Shown: positions 14,001-25,406 of the stretch, in pieces
Layout: the number at the start of each line of letters is the position of its first letter
Numbering within the stretch: position 1 is the first letter of the stretch
Source of the DNA: Yuukianura sp. NJ FZ-2021
Taxonomy: Eukaryota
Direction: 5' to 3'
DNA: 64,000 nucleotides
NCBI GenBank assembly: GCA_046563655.1
Contig: CM102289.1
Location: 62,001 to 126,000 of the forward strand
Notes under the pieces: generated by a model
The model's input: the letters and a program-made list of their open reading frames with translations, nothing else
Told to the model about the DNA's origin: nothing
Database searches by the model: none
Program-made: the position numbers and the translations under genes

Positions 14001-17000
14001 AGTTGAAAATCAACTCAGCTCAAGTTAAAAATCAACTCAACTCAAGTTGAAAAATCAACTCAACTCAAGTTGAAAAATCAACTCAACTCAAGTTGAAAAT
14101 CAACTCAACTCAAGTTGAAAATCAACTCAACTCAAGTTGAAAATCAACTCAACTCAAGTTGAAAATCAACTCAACTCAAGTTGAAAATCAACTCAACTCA
14201 AGTTGAAAATCAACTCAACTCAAGTTGAAAATCAACTCAACTCAAGTTGAAAATCAACTCAACTCAAGTTGAAAATCAACTCAACTCAAGTTGAAAATCA
14301 ACTCAACTCAAGTTGAAAATCAACTCAGCTCAAGTTGAAGATCAACTCAACTCAAGTTGAAAATCAACTCAACTCAAGTTGAAAATCAACTCAGCTCAAG
14401 TTAAAAATCAACTCAACAAGTTGAAAATCAACTCAACTCAAGTTGAAAATCAACTCAACTCAAGTTGAAAATCAACTCAGCTCAAGTTGAAAATCAACTC
14501 AACTCAAGTTGAAAATCAACTCAGCTCAAGTTGAAAATCAACTCAACTCAAGTTAAAAATCAACTCAACTAAAGTTGAAAATCAACTCAACTAAAGTTGA
14601 AAATCAACTCAACTCAAGTTGAAAAATCAACTCAGCTCAAGTTGAAAATCAACTCAGCTCAAGTTGAAAATCAACTCAGCTCAAGTTGAAAATCAACTCA
14701 GCTCAAGTTGAAAATCAACTCAACTCAAGTTGAAAATCAACTCAGCTCAAGTTGAAAATCAACTCAGCTCAAGTTAAAAATCAACTCAAGTCAAGTTGAA
14801 AATCAACTCAGCTCAAGTTGAAAATCAACTCAGCTCAAGTTGAAAATCAACTCAGCTCAAGTTGAAAATCAACTCAACTCAAGTTGAAAATCAACTCAGC
14901 TCAAGTTAAAAATCAACTCAACTCAAGTTGAAAATCAACTCAACTCAAGTTGAAAATCAACTCAGCTCAAGTTAAAAATCAACTCAACTAAAGTTGAAAA
15001 TCAACTCAACTCAAGTTGAAAATCAACTCAACTCAAGTTGAAAATCAACTCAATTCAAGTTGAAAATCAACTCAACTCAAGTTGAAAATCAACTCAGCTC
15101 AAGTTGAAAATCAACTCAGCTCAAGTTGAAAATCAACTCAACTCAAGTTGAAAATCAACTCAACTCAAGTTGAAAATCAACTCAACTCAAGTTGAAAAAT
15201 CAACTCAACTCAAGTTGAAAATCAACTCAGCTCAAGTTGAAAATCAACTCAACTCAAGTTGAAAATCAACTCAACTCAAGTTGAAAATCAACTCAACTCA
15301 AGTTGAAAATCAACTCAACTCAAGTTGAAAATCAACTCAGCTCAAGTTGAAGATCAACTCAACTCAAGTTGAAAATCAACTCAACTCAAGTTGAAAATCA
15401 ACTCAGCTCAAGTTAAAAATCAACTCAACAAGTTGAAAATCAACTCAACTCAAGTTGAAAATCAACTCAGCTCAAGTTGAAAATCAACTCAGCTCAAGTT
15501 GAAAATCAACTCAACTCAAGTTGAAAATCAACTCAGCTCAAGTTGAAAATCAACTCAACTCAAGTTGAAAATCAACTCAGCTCAAGTTGAAAATCAACTC
15601 AATTCAAGTTGAAAATCAACTCAACTCAAGTTGAAAATCAACTCAGCTCAAGTTGAAAATCAACTCAGCTCAAGTTGAAAATCAACTCAGCTCAAGTTGA
15701 AAATCAACTCAGCTCAAGTTGAAAATCAACTCAGCTCAAGTTAAAAATCAACTCAGCTCAAGTTGAAAATCAACTCAACTCAAGTTGAAAAATCAACTCA
15801 ACTCAAGTTGAAAATCAACTCAACTCATGTTGAAAATCAACTCAACTCAAGTTGAAAATCAACTCAGCTCAAGTTAAAAATCAACTCAACTCAAGTTGAA
15901 AATCAACTCAACTCAAGTTGAAAATCAACTCAGCTCAAGTTAAAAATCAACTCAACTAAAGTTGAAAATCAACTCAACTAAGGTTGAAAATCAACTCAAC
16001 TCAAGTTGAAAATCAACTCAGCTCAAGTTGAAAATCAACTCAACTCAAGTTGAAAATCAACTCAGCTCAAGTTGAAAATCAACTCAACTCAAGTTGAAAA
16101 TCAACTCAGCTCAAGTTGAAAATCAACTCAACTCAAGTTGAAAATCAACTCAACTCAAGTTGAAAATCAACTCAGCTCAAGTTGAAAATCAACTCAGCTC
16201 AAGTTGAAAATCAACTCAACTCAAGTTGAAAATCAACTCAATTCAAGTTGAAAATCAACTCAACTCAAGTTGAAAATCAACTCAGCTCAAGTTGAAAATC
16301 AACTCAGCTCAAGTTGAAAATCAACTCAGCTCAAGTTGAAAATCAACTCAGCTCAAGTTGAAAATCAACTCAGCTCAAGTTGAAAATCAACTCAGCTCAA
16401 GTTGAAAATCAACTCAACTCAAGTTGAAAATCAACTCAGCTCAAGTTGAAAATCAACTCAGCTCAAGTTAAAAATCAACTCAAGTCAAGTTGAAAATCAA
16501 CTCAGCTCAAGTTGAAAATCAACTCAACTCAAGTTGAAAATCAACTCAACTCAAGTTGAAAATCAACTCAGCTCAAGTTAAAAATCAACTGAACAAGTTG
16601 AAAATCAACTCAGCTCAAGTTGAAAATCAACTCAACTCAAGTTGAAAATCAACTCAGCTCAAGTTGAAAATCAACTCAATTCAAGTTGAAAATCAACTCA
16701 ACTCAAGTTGAAAATCAACTCAGCTCAAGTTGAAAATCAACTCAGCTCAAGTTGAAAATCAACTCAGCTCAAGTTGAAAATCAACTCAGCTCAAGTTGAA
16801 AATCAACTCAACTCAAGTTGAAAAATCAACTCAACTCAAGTTGAAAATCAACTCAACTCAAGTTGAAAAATCAACTCAACTCAAGTTGAAAATCAACTCA
16901 ACTCAAGTTGAAAATCAACTCAACTCAAGTTGAAAATCAACTCAACTCAAGTTGAAAATCAACTCAACTCAAGTTGAAAATCAACTCAGCTCAAGTTAAA

Positions 17001-20000
17001 AATCAACTCAACTCAAGTTGAAAATCAACTCAACTAAAGTTGAAAATCAACTCAACTAAAGTTGAAAATCAACTCAACTCAAGTTGAAAATCAACTCAGC
17101 TCAAGTTGAAAATCAACTCAACTCAAGTTGAAAATCAACTCAGCTCAAGTTGAAAATCAACTCAACTCAAGTTGAAAATCAACTCAGCTCAAGTTGAAAA
17201 TCAACTCAACTCAAGTTGAAAATCAACTCAACTCAAGTTGAAAATCAACTCAACTCAAGTTGAAAATCAACTCAATTCAAGTTGAAAATCAACTCAACTC
17301 AAGTTGAAAATCAACTCAATTCAAGTTGAAAATCAACTCAACTCAAGTTGAAAATCAACTCAGCTCAAGTTGAAAATCAACTCAGCTCAAGTTGAAAATC
17401 AACTCAGCTCAAGTTGAAAATCAACTCAACTCAAGTTGAAAATCAACTCAGCTCAAGTTGAAAATCAACTCAACTCAAGTTGAAAATCAACTCAGCTCAA
17501 GTTGAAAATCAACTCAGCTCAAGTTGAAAATCAACTCAAGTCAAGTTGAAAATCAACTCAGCTCAAGTTGAAAATCAACTCAGCTCAAGTTGAAAATCAA
17601 CTCAGCTCAAGTTGAAAATCAACTCAACTCAAGTTGAAAATCAACTCAGCTCAAGTTAAAAATCAACTCAACTCAAGTTGAAAATCAACTCAACTCAAGT
17701 TGAAAATCAACTCAGCTCAAGTTAAAAATCAACTCAACTAAAGTTGAAAATCAACTCAACTCAAGTTGAAAATCAACTCAACTCAAGTTGAAAATCAACT
17801 CAATTCAAGTTGAAAATCAACTCAACTCAAGTTGAAAATCAACTCAGCTCAAGTTGAAAATCAACTCAGCTCAAGTTGAAAATCAACTCAACTCAAGTTG
17901 AAAATCAACTCAACTCAAGTTGAAAATCAACTCAACTCAAGTTGAAAAATCAACTCAACTCAAGTTGAAAATCAACTCATCTCATGTTGAAAAATCAACT
18001 CAACTCAAGTTGAAAATCAACTCAGCTCAAGTTGAAAATCAACTCAACTCAAGTTGAAAATCAACTCAACTCAAGTTGAAAATCAACTCAGCTCAAGTTG
18101 AAAATCAACTCAACTCAAGTTGAAAATCAACTCAGCTCAAGTTAAAAATCAACTCAGCTCAAGTTGAAAATCAACTCAACTCAAGTTGAAAATCAACTCA
18201 ACTCAAGTTGAAAATCAACTCAGCTCAAGTTGAAAATCAACTCAACTCAAGTTGAAAATCAACTCAGCTCAAGTTGAAAATCAACTCAACTCAAGTTGAA
18301 AATCAACTCAGCTCAAGTTAAAAATCAACTCAGCTCAAGTTGAAAATCAACTCAACTCAAGTTGAAAAATCAACTCAACTCAAGTTGAAAATCAACTCAA
18401 CTCATGTTGAAAAATCAACTCAACTCAAGTTGAAAATCAACTCAGCTCAAGTTGAAAATCAACTCAACTCAAGTTGAAAAATCAACTCAACTCAAGTTGA
18501 AAATCAACTCAACTCAAGTTGAAAATCAACTCAACTCAAGTTGAAAATCAACTCAGCTCAAGTTGAAAATCAACTCAACTCAAGTTGAAAAATCAACTCA
18601 ACTCAAGTTGAAAATCAACTCAACTCAAGTTGAAAATCAACTCAGCTCAAGTTGAAAATCAACTCAACTCAAGTTGAAAATCAACTCAGCTCAAGTTGAA
18701 AATCAACTCAACTCAAGTTGAAAATCAACTCAGCTCAAGTTAAAAATCAACTCAGCTCAAGTTGAAAATCAACTCAACTCAAGTTGAAAAATCAACTCAA
18801 CTCAAGTTGAAAATCAACTCAACTCATGTTGAAAAATCAACTCAACTCAAGTTGAAAATCAACTCAACTCAAGTTGAAAAATCAACTCAACTCAAGTTGA
18901 AAATCAACTCAACTCATGTTGAAAAATCAACTCAACTCAAGTTGAAAATCAACTCAGCTCAAGTTGAAAATCAACTCAACTCATGTTGAAAAATCAACTC
19001 AACTCAAGTTGAAAATCAACTCAACTCAAGTTGAAAAATCAACTCAACTCAAGTTGAAAATCAACTCAACTCATGTTGAAAAATCAACTCAACTCAAGTT
19101 GAAAATCAACTCAGCTCAAGTTGAAAATCAACTCAACTCAAGTTGAAAATCAACTCAACTCAAGTTGAAAATCAACTCAGCTCAAGTTGAAAATCAACTC
19201 AACTCAAGTTGAAAATCAACTCAGCTCAAGTTAAAAATCAACTCAGCTCAAGTTGAAAATCAACTCAACTCAAGTTGAAAATCAACTCAACTCAAGTTGA
19301 AAATCAACTCAGCTCAAGTTGAAAATCAACTCAACTCAAGTTGAAAATCAACTCAGCTCAAGTTGAAAATCAACTCAACTCAAGTTGAAAATCAACTCAG
19401 CTCAAGTTAAAAATCAACTCAGCTCAAGTTGAAAATCAACTCAACTCAAGTTGAAAATCAACTCAACTCAAGTTGAAAATCAACTCAACTCATGTTGAAA
19501 AATCAACTCAACTCAAGTTGAAAATCAACTCAGCTCAAGTTGAAAATCAACTCAACTCAAGTTGAAAAATCAACTCAACTCAAGTTGAAAATCAACTCAA
19601 CTCAAGTTGAAAATCAACTCAGCTCAAGTTGAAAATCAACAACTCAAGTTGAAAAATCAACTCAACTCAAGTTGAAAAATCAACTCAACTCAAGTTGAAA
19701 ATCAACTCAACTCAAGTTGAAAATCAACTCAACTCAAGTTGAAAATCAACTCAACTCAAGTTGAAAATCAACTCAACTCAAGTTGAAAATCAACTCAACT
19801 CATGTTGAAAAATCAACTCAACTCAAGTTGAAAATCAACTCAGCTCAAGTTGAAAATCAACTCAACTCAAGTTGAAAATCAACTCAACTCAAGTTGAAAA
19901 TCAACTCAGCTCAAGTTGAAAATCAACTCAACTCAAGTTGAAAATCAACTCAGCTCAAGTTGAAAATCAACTCAGCTCAAGTTAAAAATCAACTCAACTC

Positions 20001-21269
20001 AAGTTGAAAATCAACTCAACTCAAGTTGAAAATCAACTCAGCTCAAGTTGAAAATCAACTCAACTCAAGTTGAAAATCAACTCAACTCAAGTTGAAAATC
20101 AACTCAACTCAAGTTGAAAATCAACTCAGCTCAAGTTGAAAATCAACTCAACTCAAGTTGAAAATCAACTCAATTCAAGTTGAAAATCAACTCAACTCAA
20201 GTTGAAAATCAACTCAGCTCAAGTTGAAAATCAACTCAGCTCAAGTTGAAAATCAACTCAGCTCAAGTTGAAAATCAACTCAGCTCAAGTTGAAAATCAA
20301 CTCAGCTCAAGTTGAAAATCAACTCAGCTCAAGTTGAAAATCAACTCAACTCAAGTTGAAAATCAACTCAGCTCAAGTTGAAAATCAACTCAGCTCAAGT
20401 TAAAAATCAACTCAACTCAAGTTGAAAATCAACTCAGCTCAAGTTGAAAATCAACTCAGCTCAAGTTGAAAATCAACTCAACTCAAGTTGAAAATCAACT
20501 CAGCTCAAGTTAAAAATCAACTCAACTCAAGTTGAAAATCAACTCAACTCAAGTTGAAAATCAACTCAGCTCAAGTTAAAAATCAACTCAACTAAAGTTG
20601 AAAATCAACTCAACTCAAGTTGAAAATCAACTCAGCTCAAGTTGAAAATCAACTCAATTCAAGTTGAAAATCAACTCAACTCAAGTTGAAAATCAACTCA
20701 GCTCAAGTTGAAAATCAACTCAGCTCAAGTTGAAAATCAACTCAGCTCAAGTTAAAAATCAACTCAACTCAAGTTGAAAATCAACTCAACTCAAGTTGAA
20801 AAATCAACTCAACTCAAGTTGAAAATCAACTCAACTCATGTTGAAAATCAACTCAACTCAAGTTGAAAATCAACTCAGCTCAAGTTAAAAATCAACTCAA
20901 CTCAAGTTGAAAATCAACTCAACTCAAGTTGAAAATCAACTCAGCTCAAGTTAAAAATCAACTCAACTAAAGTTGAAAATCAACTCAACTAAAGTTGAAA
21001 ATCAACTCAACTCAAGTTGAAAATCAACTCAGCTCAAGTTGAAAATCAACTCAACTAAAGTTGAAAATCAACTCAACTAAAGTTGAAAATCAACTCAACT
21101 CAAGTTGAAAATCAACTCAGCTCAAGTTGAAAATCAACTCAACTCAAGTTGAAAATCAACTCAGCTCAAGTTGAAAATCAACTCAACTCAAGTTGAAAAT
21201 CAACTCAGCTCAAGTTGAAAATCAACTCAACTCAAGTTGAAAATCAACTCAACTCAAGTTGAAAATCAA
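5041..21269 (+). repeat. 22-bp satellite array, consensus A(A/G)CTCAAGTTGAAAATCAACTC, ~16.2 kb, ~735 copies
   Basis: Uninterrupted tandem units with recurrent point variants (agctc, gttaaaa, aactaaag, aattc, catgttgaaaaa, gaagatc); each unit contains the dyad agttga-aaa-tcaact. Confidence 0.99.
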
Positions 21270-22150
21270 GCAGACGGAGATCAACCGACGAAGAAAATCC
21301 AAAACCCTTCATGAACGAAGAAAATACCAGTCCCTAATATACCAACTTTGGACGAATTCGAATTCCTAAACAAGGTTAAGGAAAATCTTTTTCCAATTTC
21401 AGGTTAGTAACCTAACCTAACCTAACGAAGTTGTCAAAAACGTTGCAAAAAATATTATTTGTAACTTTCAACCCATTTTATTATTGCATCGCTTCCATTT
21501 CACATTGTCAGCAGGACAAGACTCGTTTTTCGTTTCACTTACTTCAGTTTACATAAGAAAATTGCATCACTGGAACTTGGATATAAATTATGAGCACTGG
21601 CATCATCGTCATATCTTTTCCTTATCCTTACCGGACAAAGACAGCTTTTAAGTAAATTGCAGCTTCTTCGCAACTTAATCTTTAGAGTTCTACCAACTAA
21701 ACAAGGCTTTGCAAAAAACTTGCAACGATAAATGCTGGACAGTCATCAGTCATGGACAATTTCACAGGTTCACATCTAACACCTTAATTCATACAAAGGT
21801 ACAATTTTTTTTTAACTTCCTTTTTAAATCTTCAGTCTATTCGTAAAAGCCTAAGCATCCAATCAGCAGCACCTCCACTCCCACCTCGTTGTAAACAACT
21901 AATCAATCTAAGCATTAATTACTAACAAACATAAAATTCTCATGCAAATAGTTAATACTGGACTTTTGTTTTTTGGCCGAAAACGACTTTTTGCAAATGA
22001 AAGCTCAGAAGCCTAAATCAAAATATCAATAAGGCTTATTTTAGGAAACTTCAAATCTAAAGTTGTGGAAAGAAAGTTGCTGTACAACAGGAAACAGCTG
22101 AAGAAGGAAGATGAAACACGGCAAAGGTCAAAGGTCACGATGACTGGTCC

Positions 22151-22525
22151 TTAGAAAAAATCCCAGAGAATGTTGTCTCCAACAGCCATTGGACTCGTTC
22201 CTCCTGTATTTTTTAAATCTCCATTTTCGGAATGATCTCCCGGGAAAATGTTGAAGGAAGACGAGAGAAGTGGATCTCTATTTCCAAATGGTTGGGAATT
22301 GTGCTGGTATTCCGTGAAAAAGTTGTTCAAAGACGATGACAAAGTGTTGTTTGAACTCAGCGGCAGGAAATTCCGATTTGGAATTGTCGTACCTATTGTT
22401 GATCCTCCGGCAGTAGTTGATCCAACCAATCCAAGTATCGAAACGTCCAGATCTGGCGGAAGTAGAGTTCCAAGTTCACCTAACAGATCTTCCTGTTTGA
22501 CCTGAACAGTAGTTTCGTCTCTCAT
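22151..22525 (-). CDS. Possible short ORF or terminal exon, Ser/Asn-rich, unknown product
   Basis: 124-aa open frame with a VKQE motif and acidic-aromatic end (DNILWDFF); possible ttag acceptor near 22540. No homology recognised and no upstream exon found. Confidence 0.3.
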   Translation of the reverse strand: MRDETTVQVKQEDLLGELGTLLPPDLDVSILGLVGSTTAGGSTIGTTIPNRNFLPLSSNNTLSSSLNNFFTEYQHNSQPFGNRDPLLSSSFNIFPGDHSENGDLKNTGGTSPMAVGDNILWDFF

Positions 22526-22794
22526 TTCTTCATCCGAGTCTAAGCATTTTAAAACTCCGGAATACCATTCTCACAAAGAATACATTATTTTTTATGTGAG
22601 ATAACACATTCCGGAGTTTTAGATGCTTTAATTAACGAGTAATTAATTAAGAAATAAAGTTAATTAAGGGTGCTTTACACTTTTTTTGGATGTTAAGTAG
22701 AAGGCGCCGACCTCTACTCAAAATTTCCAATTTTTAATTCCGAGTGCGCGCATGCGCAAGCTGATTTTCTTTGAAATTTGTAGTGTGCCATCTG

Positions 22795-22836
22795 TTTTTC
22801 TTCTGCCCCTCTCTCTCTCTTTCTCTCTCTCTTTCG
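22795..22836 (+). promoter_or_regulatory. Pyrimidine tract upstream of TCTP; candidate TCT initiator / 5'TOP
   Basis: ctctctctctttctctctctctttcg ~70-100 nt before ATG 22901; TCTP mRNAs are established 5'TOP mRNAs. Confidence 0.5.
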
Positions 22837-22900
22837 AGACGCGAGTTTAATTATAATTGTTCCATTAACTAATTAATTAAACCGATTCATTGACTTGATC

Positions 22901-25211
22901 ATGAAGCTGTACAAGTGCATCCTCTCAGGTAAATGTTTTCGGCATGTACTCACACTTGGAATGAATTAAAGAGTGGTGTTAATTAGATTGGAACCTAATT
23001 AATGGAATTATGTGTTGTTTTAACAGGGGACGAGATGTTCTCCGACACTTACAAGATGAAGCTCGTGGATGAAGTCATGTATGAAGTTTATGGAAAGGGG
23101 TATAAGTGTAGAGTAGTGGGCAAGCACCGATTTTCTTGAAATTTTTTTTGTGAACACCCTATGGACCCCTGATAACGAAAATATAATTTTTTTTGAGGGG
23201 TTTCAAAAAAAAATATTTTTTCGAAATGTTGAAAAAAAAATTTCGAAATTTTTTTTTGTCTCCGATTTGGCTCAAAATTGGTTTTTAGACTAATTCAAGT
23301 GTGCTAAACACGAATATGAAAGAATTTTTGTTCTAAAATGTAACACAAAAAAGTTACGAATTTTTAAAGCTATTCCTTCTACGAGGTTAGATAGGTTAGG
23401 TGGCTGAGGTAGGTTGGGTTCAAACAAAACAGGCAGCCTTATTTACTCTTTCATTCTAGTTACATCAAGTTGTATTTTCCCGCGCCGAAGGCGCGGTGTT
23501 AGGTTTGGTTAGATTCACAATAGTGATTATTACTTTCAGTACCAAGTTTTATGGCATCACTGATGCCCATACGCAAACTTAAGGTATAAGTTGCCTTTAC
23601 TTTTCTCATAGTACGATTTCTTAAGAAATTGCGTAACATATTTGTCTTACATCCTAGAACAAAAATTCTTTCATATTCGTGTTTAGCACACCTAAATTAG
23701 TCTAAAAACCAATTTTGAGCCAAACCGGAAACAAAAAAAAATTTCACAAATTTTTTTTTTCAAAATTTCGAAAAAATAGTTTTTTTTTTGAGACCCCTCA
23801 AAAGAAATTATATTTTCGTTATCAGGGGTCCATAGGGTGTTCACAAAAAAAATTCAAGAAAATCGGTGCTTGCCCACTAGAGTAAAATTTTTCCTGGAAA
23901 GGTAAGAATCCACCTACATCATATGGTCATCGGTCGGTAGCTAGTTATGGATTTGATTTGATGATCATATTTTGATCAACTATCCTCCTAGTTATGACTT
24001 GAACGTGTTTGTTCAGAAGGCCTTGTGTGTTTCAGGTAGTTAGCAGAAAGCAAGGCGACATCGTGTTGGAGGGGTCAAATCCGTCACAGGAAGAGCAAGA
24101 AGAGGGAACAGAGTCCGGAGTGGAGAGTGGAGTAGACATTGTGCTCAACCATCGACTGGTGGAGACACATGCATTTGATAAGAAGTAAGTCCATCCACTC
24201 AATCAGTACTTGTCTCCATTCCAACCAATTACTCATGAATTTGTGGACTTTACGTAGGGGCTACACTCTCTACTTGAAGGAGTACATGAAGAAACTGTTG
24301 GCCCAACTCCAGGAGAAACATCGGTTGGAGATCACTTTCGCAGTCTGTTTTTCTTAGTCGTTTTTTTCACATGGACATGCTCCATGATAACCGCCAAAAT
24401 GACCTATACAAAAGTTGTTCCTCTTGAAAAGATAAGCAACTTTTTCTGGTACCATTTTTTCGTGTGACCTTTCGTTAAGGTCACAGGTCAAGGTCAAAAG
24501 GGGCGTTCCCTGACAACCGACAAAATGTTCCCTACAAAAGTTGTTCCTCTCCTCAAAAGCTACAACTTTCATTGAGACTATTTTTTTCTGTGACCTTTTC
24601 TACGGGTCAAAGGTCAAGGTCAACTAGGAATGTCCCGACAATCAAAAAAATGACCTCTACAAAAGTTGTTCAGCTCAATGAGTAGATCATTTTTTGTCCT
24701 ATGATCTATGACCGTGTCATCTCTCCCTGAGGTGTTATCTCATGTTGAAGGTGCGTCTCCCGGATTCGGGGTTTTAAAAAACCTAACTTATAGCCTCAGG
24801 GAGTCGTCGCAGGGTCATAGATCATAGGACAAAAAATGATCTACTCATTGAACTGAACAACTTTTGTAGAGGTCATTTTTTTGATTGTCGGGACATTCCT
24901 AGTTGACCTTGACCTTTGACCATGTGAAAGCATTTGAGCATGTCCATGTGAAAAAAACGACTAAGAAAAACAGACTGCGAAAGTGATCTCCAACCGAAAC
25001 ATCCAGACCAAACCAAGTGGACGTTTTTAAGGCCAACATCAACAAGGTCATGAAGGGGATTCTGGAGAGGTTCAAAGACCTTCAACTCTTCACTGGACAA
25101 AACATGGATCACGACGCCATGGTGGGAATGATGGAGTACCGTCAAATTGAGGGTGACTCTGTTCCAGTCATGATGTTCTTCAAACACGGACTTGAAGATG
25201 AGAAACTATAA
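22901..25211 (+). CDS. Tctp: Translationally controlled tumour protein; proposed exons 22901-22928, 23027-23099, 24017-24184, 24258-24323, 25007-25211 (179 aa)
   Basis: MKLYKCILSGDEMFSDTYKMKLVDEVMYEVYGK ... GSNPSQEEQEEGTESGVESGVDIVLNHRLVET ... YTLYLKEYMKKL ... FFKHGLEDEKL*. AATAAA at 25265. Identity is clear; the exon 2/3 and 4/5 junctions depend on transposon-supplied donors and are inferred. Confidence 0.93.
23099..23894. mobile_element. GGT...CC insertion (27-bp remnant plus nested MITE) across the TCTP exon-2 donor
   Basis: 8-bp direct repeat tggaaagg at 23091-23098 and 23895-23902; the ancestral donor AAG|gtaaga now lies at 23902. Confidence 0.7.
23116..23877. mobile_element. MITE with ~245-bp TIRs nested in the above insertion
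   Basis: gtgggcaagcaccgattttcttgaa... / ...ttcaagaaaatcggtgcttgcccac; flanking direct repeat tagagta at 23109-23115 and 23878-23884 (alternatively a 3-bp gag TSD if the TIR includes TA). Confidence 0.9.
24323..24995. mobile_element. MITE inserted in TCTP coding sequence; GG termini with 8-bp TSD (Merlin-like)
   Basis: ~59-bp near-perfect TIR ggttggagatcactttcgcagtctg... / ...cagactgcgaaagtgatctccaacc; TSD gaaacatc at 24315-24322 and 24996-25003; long internal hairpin ~24605-24920. The superfamily call is an inference from termini and TSD length. Confidence 0.9.
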
Positions 25212-25406
25212 GCTCCCACGAAACATACCCATCTCTTCTAAGCTTTCCTCACTTTTTGTTCTCCAAATAAACCGCAATTTCTGTCATTTTACTCGCTCTC
25301 TTATTCTGCTCAGTGAAAACGTGTGCAGTAGTATTGAGTGTCGCTTCGAACCACCCTACCCATTACTTTTTCATCTGACTCCAATTTTATTTTTGAGTAG
25401 AACCAA

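Noticed and set aside
5041..21269. CRISPR-like array, or coding KINSTQVEK ORFs
   Set aside because: Units are contiguous with no unique spacers, there are no cas genes and the context is eukaryotic; the ORFs arise where 23-bp variant units happen to remove stops.
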